The notes under the pieces: generated by a model
What the model saw: only the letters and a program-made list of their open reading frames with translations
Databases searched by the model: none
What the model was told of the DNA's origin: nothing
Part shown: in pieces, positions 31,583-39,695 of the stretch
How positions within the stretch are numbered: position 1 is the first letter of the stretch
Layout: every line of letters begins with the position of its first letter
Translations under genes and position numbers: made by a program
NCBI GenBank assembly: GCA_018303365.1
Contig: JAGVYI010000008.1
Span: 1 to 53,658, forward strand
Source: Candidatus Woesearchaeota archaeon
GTDB lineage: Archaea; Nanobdellota; Nanobdellia; SCGC-AAA011-G17; JACPNG01
Length of the DNA stretch: 53,658 bases
Direction: 5' to 3'

Positions 31583-31834
31583 AACAAGTTTTCCATACTC
31601 CTGGTATGCTGTATCGGTTAACCTCCAACATTTCTTCCTGGAGTTCCTTTTCCCGACATGTCTGACAAGACCCTGACACTCGAGAATAGATAAAAGGCGC
31701 CTCACAAACTCCTTATCCCGTCCAAGTTCAATAGCTATGCTACTTGTGTATAAAGGTTTAAGGCCAGCTTCATAGAGGGTGTAGAGGATGGCTTCCTTTA
31801 CTTTCCTTTCTGTACTTTGAGAGACTCTTGACAT
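31574..31834 (-). CDS. Small winged-helix protein
   Basis: [30 protein letters not shown]...WRLT pattern. Confidence 0.75.
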
Positions 31835-31933
31835 CTAAGACTGAGAAAAGTCCAACTATAAGTGATTTGCGGTTAAGCGCTAATATTCTATCCTCCTAAA
31901 ACCTTAAATATCTTGTACAAGAATTGGAGAGAA

Positions 31934-33610
31934 ATGTTTGAAAAAGATATAACCCGGACCTTAGCAAAAAAGTTAGGTAAGACCTATAAAGAAGTGGAGG
32001 GGTTTTTGGAGCAGCCTCAAGATTCCTCTTTTGGGGATATTTCCTTTCCTTGTTTTGTAGTTGCAAAGGAACAAAAAAGATCTCCTTCAGAGCTTGCAGC
32101 GCAGCTCAAGAAGAGTATTGCGCTTCCAAAAGGAATAGAAAATATAGAATCAAGCGGTCCATATTTGAATTTTTTTATAGATTACTCATCCCTAGCAGAA
32201 ACCATCTTTCAAGAGACAAGAAGAAAAAAGAGTAAGTTCGGACATACGAATAAGGGAAAAGGGGAGGTTGTGGTTATTGAGTTTTCTTCACCAAACATAG
32301 GTAAACCTTTTGGAATCGCTCATTTGCGCTCAACAGTTATAGGTAATAGCCTAAGCAACATTTACGCTTCGCAAGGGTACAAAGTGGAAAGGGTTAACTA
32401 TTTGGGAGATTGGGGTACGCAGTTCGGAAACTTAATGTGCGCGTTTCAAATGTGGGGTGATGAGAAAGAATTAAAGAAGAATTCCATAAGGCACCTTTTG
32501 AGTTTGTATATCAAATTTCATGCTGAAGCAGAAAAAGATGAAGCTTTAAAAAAGAAAGGCAAAGAGTGGTTTGTGAGGTTAGAGGGGGGAGATAAGAAAG
32601 CAAAGGGAATGTGGAAAAAGTTCTGCGGCCTCAACTTAAAAGAATTCAAAAGAATTTATCACCTTCTGAACATAAAAATAGACCACACCATCGGCGAGGC
32701 TTTCTACGAACCAATGCTTAAGAAGACGATCGAATTCTATAGGAACAAAGGATTGTTAAAAGAAAGCGATGGAGCCCTTATCCTTGAGTACCCAGATCTA
32801 CCCCCCGCGATTGTACAAAAAAAGGATGGGACCACAATTTATCTTACAAGAGACCTCGCAGCAGCAAAACACAGAAGGGATATCTTCAAGTTCAAAAAGA
32901 TGCTCTATGTAGCGGACGCAAGGCAAACCCTTCATTTTCAGCAACTTTTCAAGGCCTTGGAAATTGCAGGGTTCAAGTGGGCAAGACAATGTGAGCATGT
33001 CCCTTTTGGGGTCATGAAATTTAAAGGAGAACCCCTAGCGACTAGGAAGGGGTTCATCTTTTTAGAAGATGTTCTTCTAAAAGCCGTAAGCAAAGTAGAA
33101 TCTATCATAGATGAAAAGAACCCCTCTCTAGGCCATAAGGAAGAAGTGGCAAGGCAAGTTGCTTTTGGTGCTGTAATTTACTGGGACTTGAACAGCGACA
33201 GAGTGAGAGATGTTGTTTTTGATTTGGACCAAGTGCTTAACTTTGAAGGGGATACAGCCCCTTATATACAATATACCTCCGCACGTCTCTCAAGTATTCT
33301 CGCAAAGGCAAGCCCTCCCAGGAGAGTAGATTCCTTCCTCCTAAACTCTCAGGAAGAAAAGAAAATTATTGGTTCCTTAGCGAAGTTTGAGAGTGTAATT
33401 TGGGACGCAAAGATGCACAATAAGCCACACCTTCTTACAAACTACCTCTCTGCTCTTGCTCAAGAGTGTAACAATTTTTATAATAAACACCCTGTTCTGG
33501 TAAATGAAAAAGACTTACGGGCAGCAAGACTGCACCTCATCTTTGCAGCAAGGCAGGTATTAATAAATGGGTTGAGTTTACTAGGGATTCACTCCCCATT
33601 TCAGATGTAA
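31934..33610 (+). CDS. argS: Arginyl-tRNA synthetase
   Basis: EFSSPNIGKPFGIAHLRSTVIG (HIGH variant), NYLGDWGTQFG, DGTTIYLTRDLA and DALR domain (YIQYTSARLSSIL). Confidence 0.96.
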   Translation: MFEKDITRTLAKKLGKTYKEVEGFLEQPQDSSFGDISFPCFVVAKEQKRSPSELAAQLKKSIALPKGIENIESSGPYLNFFIDYSSLAETIFQETRRKKSKFGHTNKGKGEVVVIEFSSPNIGKPFGIAHLRSTVIGNSLSNIYASQGYKVERVNYLGDWGTQFGNLMCAFQMWGDEKELKKNSIRHLLSLYIKFHAEAEKDEALKKKGKEWFVRLEGGDKKAKGMWKKFCGLNLKEFKRIYHLLNIKIDHTIGEAFYEPMLKKTIEFYRNKGLLKESDGALILEYPDLPPAIVQKKDGTTIYLTRDLAAAKHRRDIFKFKKMLYVADARQTLHFQQLFKALEIAGFKWARQCEHVPFGVMKFKGEPLATRKGFIFLEDVLLKAVSKVESIIDEKNPSLGHKEEVARQVAFGAVIYWDLNSDRVRDVVFDLDQVLNFEGDTAPYIQYTSARLSSILAKASPPRRVDSFLLNSQEEKKIIGSLAKFESVIWDAKMHNKPHLLTNYLSALAQECNNFYNKHPVLVNEKDLRAARLHLIFAARQVLINGLSLLGIHSPFQM

Positions 33611-33647
33611 TAAAAATCTTTATAAAACGTTAGAAAGAAGGATTATT

Positions 33648-34097
33648 ATGCCCATTGTTGGATTTCAGTTTGATAAGGTTTCAGCAGAAAAGAAATCAAA
33701 AGTAAAATCTAAATTGGAGGTGAAAAATAGTATCAATATTAAAGGCATCGAATTTGAGTCTGTTGCCCTAACAAGAAGTAAAGACTCTTTGCTCCGTTTT
33801 AATTTCTCCTTTCACACTGAGTTTAGTCAAGGTCTTGGGGATGTTGTTTTAGAGGGTCACCTCTTATACTATGATGAAGAGAAAAAACTCAAAGATTTAA
33901 AAAGGTCCTGGGATAATAAGGAGGCAATGGACCCAAAACTAATGGCACGTATCTTAAATCACATCTTAATTCGTTGTAACATAAAGACCCTTGTTCTTTG
34001 TGAAGAAGTTAATCTCCCCCCCCACTTGCAGATACCAACAATCTCTCCAACCAAGCAAAATATTTCTAAAACTGCAGTGCACGACTATATCGGTTAG
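33648..34097 (+). CDS. Conserved-looking archaeal hypothetical protein, possible SecB-like fold, ending YIG
   Basis: Four beta-strand-like segments, two helices, then a Pro-rich NLPPHLQIP, a SecB-like topology (inference). tttataaa at 33619-33626. Confidence 0.75.
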   Translation: MPIVGFQFDKVSAEKKSKVKSKLEVKNSINIKGIEFESVALTRSKDSLLRFNFSFHTEFSQGLGDVVLEGHLLYYDEEKKLKDLKRSWDNKEAMDPKLMARILNHILIRCNIKTLVLCEEVNLPPHLQIPTISPTKQNISKTAVHDYIG

Positions 34098-34109
34098 CTT
34101 ATTGTGCGT

Positions 34110-34142
34110 TTATTCAACAATTCTTAAACAGTTATTCAACAC
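34110..34142 (+). repeat. Three 11-bp phased direct repeats upstream of the wHTH gene
   Basis: ttattcaacaa / ttcttaaacag / ttattcaacac, just upstream of a TATA-like tatttaata. Confidence 0.7.
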
Positions 34143-34179
34143 TCTAAATCTTATTTAATAGGTATTTTTCAACTACTTG

Positions 34180-34818
34180 ATGCCAGGAGAAAAGGATATC
34201 CTAGAAGAAAACATAAAGAAATCCTTTACAAAGGTAAAAGAAGAGATTTCTGGGCTTAAAGAAGTCCTAAAAGAAGATAGGTTGGTTCTAAACAAATTAA
34301 CCTCCCTTTTTGAAGCTCTAAAAGACGAACTGAGCTCTGTCAAGGCAGAGCTTCGAAAATCCGCTTCAAAGACAGAAGATATAAAAAATAGTTCCACAGG
34401 AAATAAAGGGGTCTATTCATTCATTCAACATTCATTCAACATTCATTCATTAGACAAAACTCTAGAAACAGTACCTTTCATAGAGCGAAATGTCTTTGAA
34501 ATGCTCAAAACTCTATCTAAACAAGAGTTTCTAACCCTCCTAACAATCTATCAACTAGAGGAAGAATCTAGTGGTCCTACCTCTTATTCTCGAATTTCTA
34601 AACAACTAAAGCTCTCTGAAGGCTGTATCCGGACATATGTCAGTTCTTTGTTAAAAAAAGGGGCCCCAATCCTCAAATCTCGCTTTAATAACCGTCAAAA
34701 CTTACTCTCAATTCGACAAGAATTCCGCTCTTTAAACCTCAAAAACAACCTTCTGACCCTATTCTATAGTCTAGACCCCTCTCAAACCACTCTCTTCGAC
34801 CATTACCCCCAAAATTAA
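34180..34818 (+). CDS. Coiled-coil plus C-terminal winged-helix protein with PIP-like tail (wHTH-A)
   Basis: N-terminal heptads (IKKSFTKVKEEISGLKEVL...), linker SSTGNKGV, wHTH LSKQEFLTLLTIYQLEE...SYSRISKQLKLSEGCIRTYVSSLLKKG, tail SQTTLFDHY. Confidence 0.85.
   Translation: MPGEKDILEENIKKSFTKVKEEISGLKEVLKEDRLVLNKLTSLFEALKDELSSVKAELRKSASKTEDIKNSSTGNKGVYSFIQHSFNIHSLDKTLETVPFIERNVFEMLKTLSKQEFLTLLTIYQLEEESSGPTSYSRISKQLKLSEGCIRTYVSSLLKKGAPILKSRFNNRQNLLSIRQEFRSLNLKNNLLTLFYSLDPSQTTLFDHYPQN
34391..34412 (+). promoter_or_regulatory. ORB-like element inside the wHTH-A coding sequence
   Basis: gttccacaggaaataaaggggt matches the archaeal ORB consensus (TTCCA..GGAAA.AAAGGGG) at least as well as the oriC boxes do. 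Confidence 0.7.
34415..34451 (+). repeat. Intragenic tandem repeats (attc / 11-bp attcattcaac)
   Basis: attc attcattcaac attcattcaac attcattcatt, starting 3 nt after the ORB-like box. The unit length is not a multiple of 3. Confidence 0.9.
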
Positions 34819-34864
34819 TCTTCCCCCTTTTATACCTATAGAAAGAATTCAGAAAACCCTCCTT

Positions 34865-34892
34865 ATTGTTCAGTGAACGTTCACTGAACAAT
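34865..34892. promoter_or_regulatory. Perfect 28-bp palindrome (operator-like), with a second core copy at 34906-34915
   Basis: attgttcagtgaac|gttcactgaacaat. The core tgaacgttca recurs at 34906-34915. Intergenic, between the two wHTH genes. Confidence 0.85.
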
Positions 34893-34961
34893 CCAGAGAC
34901 GTCTTTGAACGTTCACACAACAAAGAAAAAATTTATTAGTAAGGACTAAATTTTAGTTGTC

Positions 34962-35549
34962 ATGTTTGGATTTTTAAAAAGGAAAAGGGAGCAGCCCAAT
35001 CTGAGAGCTATGCACATATCTTTAACAAACTCTTTCAAGAATATAAAAAAAGATATATCCCATCTTCATGCAAAGAAACAAGACCATGAAGGTAGGTTAG
35101 ATCAAATAGAAAGACTGTTACACCATCTCCATGGAAAAATAGAGGTTATACTCTCATACTCTGACTCAGAGAGTCGGTCCTCTACGAGTCCAGAGGTCAT
35201 ATCCCCTAACGAGGCGACCAGCACTTTTGATTTTGGGGCACTTGACTCTTTGACAGTTGTACAGAGGAATATTTTGGAAATGTTAATAAGGCTCATGAAT
35301 GAGAGGGGTTCTAGTTTGGTATCTTTGAAAGACATTTCTGAGGACCTATATCCGAATAAAGACTATAGGGCCATAAGGTCTTTGATGTCAAGCTATTCTG
35401 ATTATCTTGAAGAGCAAGGATTTATAAGGAAAGCAAGAAAAGGAAGGCAAACCTATCTCCTTTTAACAGAAAGGACAAAGAAATCTCTCAAAAAGAGTAA
35501 AGGGAAAACAACGTTAAGTGTTAGAAAGAATGGTGAAAGCTCCAGGTAA
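34962..35549 (+). CDS. Coiled-coil plus C-terminal winged-helix protein (wHTH-B), probable paralogue of wHTH-A
   Basis: LTNSFKNIKKDISHL matches wHTH-A IKKSFTKVKEEISGL. Ser-rich linker, then LTVVQRNILEML...SLKDISEDLY...YLEEQGFIRKARKGRQTYLLLT. Confidence 0.82.
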   Translation: MFGFLKRKREQPNLRAMHISLTNSFKNIKKDISHLHAKKQDHEGRLDQIERLLHHLHGKIEVILSYSDSESRSSTSPEVISPNEATSTFDFGALDSLTVVQRNILEMLIRLMNERGSSLVSLKDISEDLYPNKDYRAIRSLMSSYSDYLEEQGFIRKARKGRQTYLLLTERTKKSLKKSKGKTTLSVRKNGESSR

Positions 35550-35580
35550 ATTTATAAACTGACCAGAAAAATGGGTTGTT

Positions 35581-36315
35581 ATGGATGTTGCTATCCTTTA
35601 TTCAGGTGGAAAAGATTCAACATATGCAATACATGAAGTTCTAAAAAAAGGATGGAATATTAAATACTTAATTTCTATAAAGCCGACCAGGACGGATTGT
35701 TATCTTTTTCATTATGCTACCATTGAGCACACCAAAACGCTTGCAAGAATTCTTGGTTATAAGCATGTCTACGAAACCTGCAATGTTGCAGATCCCAAAA
35801 AAGAGGCAGAGATAGTTAAGAAGATAGTTGAAAAAAGCCCTGTTGATGCAATTGTTTTGGGTGGAACAGGGCTCCAGCAAACTCAGATCAAAAGCATTCA
35901 AGAGGTTCTAAGCCATCTAAAAGTAGGAGCCTTTGCAATGCACGATTCCCTTGATCATGATGGTCTTGTAAGGCAAATGATTGAGGATGGTTATAGGATC
36001 ATTATCACTCAGATTGCAGCAGAAGGTCTGACAGAAGAGTGGTTGGGTAAGGAGATAACCAAAGAGAATGCTGAAAAACTCTTTAACCTCTCAAGAAAGT
36101 ATGGTTTCCATTGTGGTGGTGAAGGGGGTCATTTTGATTCTCTTGTAATAGACGGCCCTATTTTTAAACGAAGCTTAGAGATTTTAAGCGCAGAAAGGAT
36201 TATGGAAAGTGAGTGTGTAGGTCACTTGATTCTTAAAAAAATTAGAGTAAAGACTAAACCGATAGAACATTCTAAAAAAATATATAATTCTCAATGTACC
36301 CTGACTAAGGACTGA
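35581..36315 (+). CDS. dph6: Diphthine--ammonia ligase / Dph6-family PP-loop ATPase
   Basis: LYSGGKDS, YLFH, WLGKEI and GEGGHFDSLVIDGPIF. Confidence 0.88.
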   Translation: MDVAILYSGGKDSTYAIHEVLKKGWNIKYLISIKPTRTDCYLFHYATIEHTKTLARILGYKHVYETCNVADPKKEAEIVKKIVEKSPVDAIVLGGTGLQQTQIKSIQEVLSHLKVGAFAMHDSLDHDGLVRQMIEDGYRIIITQIAAEGLTEEWLGKEITKENAEKLFNLSRKYGFHCGGEGGHFDSLVIDGPIFKRSLEILSAERIMESECVGHLILKKIRVKTKPIEHSKKIYNSQCTLTKD

Positions 36316-36485
36316 ATATGAACACAGATTTTACCTGTTTTCTTGATAAGAATACAAAAGACTTGGTTTTGAACCTATAACTAGGAAAGACGGCATAAAG
36401 GACAATCTTGTCCTAAGTTACAGAAAGCCACTGACTTAATGATTAAAGACTTTAAGCAAAACCTAAAATCTCTATAACTATCAGA

Positions 36486-36513
36486 AGTTCGTATAATAAG
36501 GATTATACGAAAC
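36486..36513. other. dif-like Xer recombination site (11-6-11)
   Basis: agttcgtataa-taagga-ttatacgaaac, with 9-bp perfect inverted arms (ttcgtataa/ttatacgaa) around a 6-bp spacer. Intergenic, ~0.7 kb upstream of xerA. Confidence 0.8.
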
Positions 36514-36532
36514 ATTTATCTATAATAGCTCT

Positions 36533-37216
36533 ATGCTGCTTAAAATGGCAAAGAAAGTCGGAAATAAACCCCATGGTAAGAAAAGGGGTTCTAAAAAGTG
36601 TTTTATAGCTATAGACGAGTCCAATCATGGAGGGAACCCTGAGGTCATAGTTGCGGCTCTTACAAATAACCCCGCCTATATACAGCCAAACCTTGTTGCA
36701 GGGGGAACTTTGGATTCTGAAGGTTATTTTTTAATTAGAGGTGGTTTGTCGAAACGCAGGAACAAAAGTAGGAGAACTCCCTCTCCAGAAGGTGTCGAGT
36801 TTGTATATGCAATTTTATCCAAAGAGGTTGTTGCTGCCTACTCTTATGGGGAGGTGAAGTCTTTTTTTGTCAGTCAGTTAGTGCTTACTCTTTTGGAAAG
36901 AAAGGGACTCGGAAAACGTTCAAAAATAGAATTGTATATAGATGGGGTACTTTCAGAGAAGGCCACGCAAACCATTGTAGGAAGTATCCAAGCAAAATAT
37001 CCTCTTTTTGACTCCAGAAGGCTTTACACTTGGCCTAATTTGGACTGTTGTATACCACTCGTAAATGAAGCAGACGCCTATGCTTACAGGATTAAACGAC
37101 CTTACGAAAATCTCAACAGATCAGGAAGGGGTGGTCTTCAGCATCCAAGAAGAGTTAATCAAAAACAGAGGGTTGAAATTGGACTTCCGGAAAGATCTAA
37201 AAAGCCTAGAGACTGA
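36533..37216 (+). CDS. RNase H-like fold putative nuclease
   Basis: FIAIDESNHG...LYIDG...EADAYAY acidic pattern as in RNase HII/DUF3800-like proteins. The start may be 36545. Confidence 0.6.
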   Translation: MLLKMAKKVGNKPHGKKRGSKKCFIAIDESNHGGNPEVIVAALTNNPAYIQPNLVAGGTLDSEGYFLIRGGLSKRRNKSRRTPSPEGVEFVYAILSKEVVAAYSYGEVKSFFVSQLVLTLLERKGLGKRSKIELYIDGVLSEKATQTIVGSIQAKYPLFDSRRLYTWPNLDCCIPLVNEADAYAYRIKRPYENLNRSGRGGLQHPRRVNQKQRVEIGLPERSKKPRD

Positions 37217-38009
37217 GCTTAAACTGCGTGGTTTCTCAAAAGAGACCGTTAAAACCTACCTTTATCACAACGAAGTTTTTCTAAAGTCGGTTAAAAAAAA
37301 GCCGAAAGAAATTAATGAGAAAGACATAAAAGCCTACCTTGTCCACCTCCTAGCAGACAAAAATGCTCATCCGAGGACGATTTCTCTTAAGAAGTCTGCC
37401 TTGAAGTTCTTCTATGATGGACTTCTCAAGAAAAATATTGTTCTCATAAAAACCCCCAAACTGCCTAAGAATGTCCCTGAAACCCTCTCAAAAGATGAAA
37501 TTCGCACACTCATAGGATCTGCCCCATCCACAAAAGCAATGTTAATAATCAAATTTCTCTATGCCACTGGCCTACGTGTTTCAGAATTAACCCACCTAAG
37601 GGTAAAGGACCTCAATCTAAAAGACAAATCTGGTTGGGTACGTCAAGGGAAGGGGGCCAAAGACCGTTTTTTTCCAATTTCAGATTCCATGCTTATATGT
37701 TTTGAGCATTACATAAAAGATATGCCCCAAGGGAATTATCTTTTTTCAGGTAAAAATGGTCCGCTCACCACAAGGGCCGTACAGAAAGTTATCCAAACCA
37801 CGGCAAAAAGAGCAGGAATAACGAAAAAAGTAACACCTCACAAGTTGCGCCACTCCTTTGCAACCCATCTGCTCAATGAAGGCACGGATATCCGGCTCAT
37901 CCAGGAGCTTCTCGGTCACGCGCAACTTTCTACAACCCAAATTTATACTCATGTCTCTAAAGAGCAACTCAGGAAGGTAAAGAACCCTCTAGATATTCTT
38001 GGTATTTAG
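37179..38009 (+). CDS. xerA: Site-specific tyrosine recombinase XerA
   Basis: Likely TTG start at 37179 (276 aa). LRGFS.ETVKTY, LYATGLRVSE, GKGAKDR, TPHKLRHSFATHLL and LLGH...TTQIYTH give a full R-K-H-R-H-Y set. Confidence 0.92.
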   Translation: MDFRKDLKSLETELKLRGFSKETVKTYLYHNEVFLKSVKKKPKEINEKDIKAYLVHLLADKNAHPRTISLKKSALKFFYDGLLKKNIVLIKTPKLPKNVPETLSKDEIRTLIGSAPSTKAMLIIKFLYATGLRVSELTHLRVKDLNLKDKSGWVRQGKGAKDRFFPISDSMLICFEHYIKDMPQGNYLFSGKNGPLTTRAVQKVIQTTAKRAGITKKVTPHKLRHSFATHLLNEGTDIRLIQELLGHAQLSTTQIYTHVSKEQLRKVKNPLDILGI

Positions 38010-38032
38010 TGCCAAAAACTTTTAATAACTGA

Positions 38033-38341
38033 TTAATATTTTCGCTTTGTCCTTACACCTGCAAAGATGTTCGCAAAGACAGTATAGGTTATTTTCAATT
38101 CGCGTTTTCCCTTGCGGGTGAGGTGGTAAATTTTCTTTCTTCCCTTCTGTCGCAAGAGGATTAATTTATTTTCGCGAAGGTACTTTAACACAGGGTAAAT
38201 TGTCCCTGGTGTGAGTTTTCCAGCCTTTTTAGATCCGATGATATGTGCCAGTTCATCACCACAGTAGTTTTGCTTGGTGAGATTATGAAGAATAAGGAAG
38301 CGTAAAAACCCTCTAATCTCCAGATACTTTGGAAGTTTCAC
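38033..38341 (-). CDS. PadR-family transcriptional regulator
   Basis: GFLRFLILH.L...CGDEL...PGTIYPVLKYL...RKKIYHLTRKG. Confidence 0.9.
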   Translation of the reverse strand: MKLPKYLEIRGFLRFLILHNLTKQNYCGDELAHIIGSKKAGKLTPGTIYPVLKYLRENKLILLRQKGRKKIYHLTRKGKRELKITYTVFANIFAGVRTKRKY

Positions 38342-38430
38342 TTCCTTAGGAGGTTTCTCATTTATATAAATCTATTGGGTGACAGATAGTTGCCTAGCCA
38401 ATATATTGTTCATACAACAATTATAAATTC

Positions 38431-38449
38431 TGCTAGAAATCTTCTAGCA
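38431..38449. promoter_or_regulatory. Short inverted repeat upstream of padR (operator or terminator)
   Basis: tgctagaa-atc-ttctagca. Confidence 0.45.
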
Positions 38450-38504
38450 ATCTAATAGAAAATAGTATTAGGATGCTATAGGTACCAAAAACTATACCTT
38501 TAGT

Positions 38505-38861
38505 CTACTGGGTTTCTTGGATTTGCTGGATAGATGTTACCAAGGCCCAAATCCATACGCCAAACATCAAAAAGAGCCCAACAACCACAAGTATTAGTGG
38601 AATTCCAACCAAAAACAGGACTAGTTGTAAAATCCCTTTCCTTGTATCGCCACCAACTATCGTTCCAACACCAGGAAGGACTAAAACATTGAGAAGTAGT
38701 CCTGCAATTGCTGCACCTTGACTCCGTTTTTTACTTGAAGAAGGCGTCACGGCAACCCTTGGTGTAGTCCCGACAATTCGTTTCCGCTTTGCAGAAACAG
38801 TTTTTCTAGTCGCTGTTGTTTTCCTTGCTGACCTTTTTTTTGTAATCCTCTTTTTTGCCAT
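38505..38861 (-). CDS. TM2-like membrane protein with a Lys/Arg-rich N-terminal tail
   Basis: MAKKRITKKRSARK..., then AIAGLLLNVLVLPGVGTIVGG..KGILQLVLFLVG. Confidence 0.8.
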   Translation of the reverse strand: MAKKRITKKRSARKTTATRKTVSAKRKRIVGTTPRVAVTPSSSKKRSQGAAIAGLLLNVLVLPGVGTIVGGDTRKGILQLVLFLVGIPLILVVVGLFLMFGVWIWALVTSIQQIQETQ

Positions 38862-38932
38862 ATCTATGAGGAATAAAATATATTATATAAAACTATCGTA
38901 ATTTTTATATGGGAGTTAAACAATTCACTTAG

Positions 38933-39661
38933 GTGAAAGCGGTCATTTTCCTTTTGTTTTGTGCTGTTGTTCTTTCTTTAACTGCTTGTAGCGCTCCTGT
39001 AACGGGTGATGGGCCTCAAGTCGCGAAGTTCACTATCTTGGAAAACAAAACACTCGATCAAGAGGAAACGGCTGAAGAGCCAAATATTGTTAAAGAAGAG
39101 TCACCAGTACCGCAAAAGGTGGAAGGTGATAGTCAATCAAAAGAAGAATTTAGGCTCAAAGGAGGAGAAGAAATAACCTTCAAAGGGGTAGCTGTGAAGG
39201 TTGGTCAGATAACCCCAGAAGCAAGGTTCCTCGTATCAGTCGATGATGTTACCTATATCATAACAGAAACAAAATATGAAGAACTCATCAAAGGTCTTCT
39301 AGTGATGGTCAAGGATTTCGTTTATAATAAGACTCATCATGAAGAGAGTTTTGTTGTATTAAAGGTAAAGGGGCCCGACCTTGGTCCGGACGATTATATA
39401 TTCCTCGGAGAAGATAGGAAAGTCATAATGGGAGATAATTTTAAGGTAACTACCTTTGAGCCCAAACAGAAGCTTATAGAACTTCTGGTTGCAGACAGTT
39501 TCGTAGTCCGCTTAAAAGACAGTTTCGTAGTCCGCTTAAAAGAAGGAGACTCAAAAATGGTTGGTGTTTATAACCTGACAAACCTAAGAACTTTTCCAAG
39601 AGACAAGCGTTTTGAAAGTTCTGCAATTATCAGGGTGCTCGTACAAAATAATCAACAATAA
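38933..39661 (+). CDS. Putative lipoprotein / surface protein
   Basis: GTG start, signal peptide with LTAC lipobox, acidic linker and beta-rich domains with repeated RLKxG[ED] units. Confidence 0.75.
   Translation: MKAVIFLLFCAVVLSLTACSAPVTGDGPQVAKFTILENKTLDQEETAEEPNIVKEESPVPQKVEGDSQSKEEFRLKGGEEITFKGVAVKVGQITPEARFLVSVDDVTYIITETKYEELIKGLLVMVKDFVYNKTHHEESFVVLKVKGPDLGPDDYIFLGEDRKVIMGDNFKVTTFEPKQKLIELLVADSFVVRLKDSFVVRLKEGDSKMVGVYNLTNLRTFPRDKRFESSAIIRVLVQNNQQ
39493..39543 (+). repeat. Perfect 24-bp in-frame tandem duplication
   Basis: agacagtttcgtagtccgcttaaa occurs twice (plus aga), encoding DSFVVRLK twice. Confidence 0.95.
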
Positions 39662-39695
39662 AACTTATAATCCCCTATTTACTGTGTGGTGTTCT

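Noticed and set aside
34415-34451. CRISPR array or simple microsatellite
   Set aside because: The units are 4-11 bp with no spacers and there are no cas genes. Reported instead as binding-site-like repeats.
36316-36480. Possible decayed GNAT fragment (YKRLGFEP... in one frame) next to dif
   Set aside because: Only a short motif in a ~29-codon stretch preceded by stops. Too weak to call a pseudogene.
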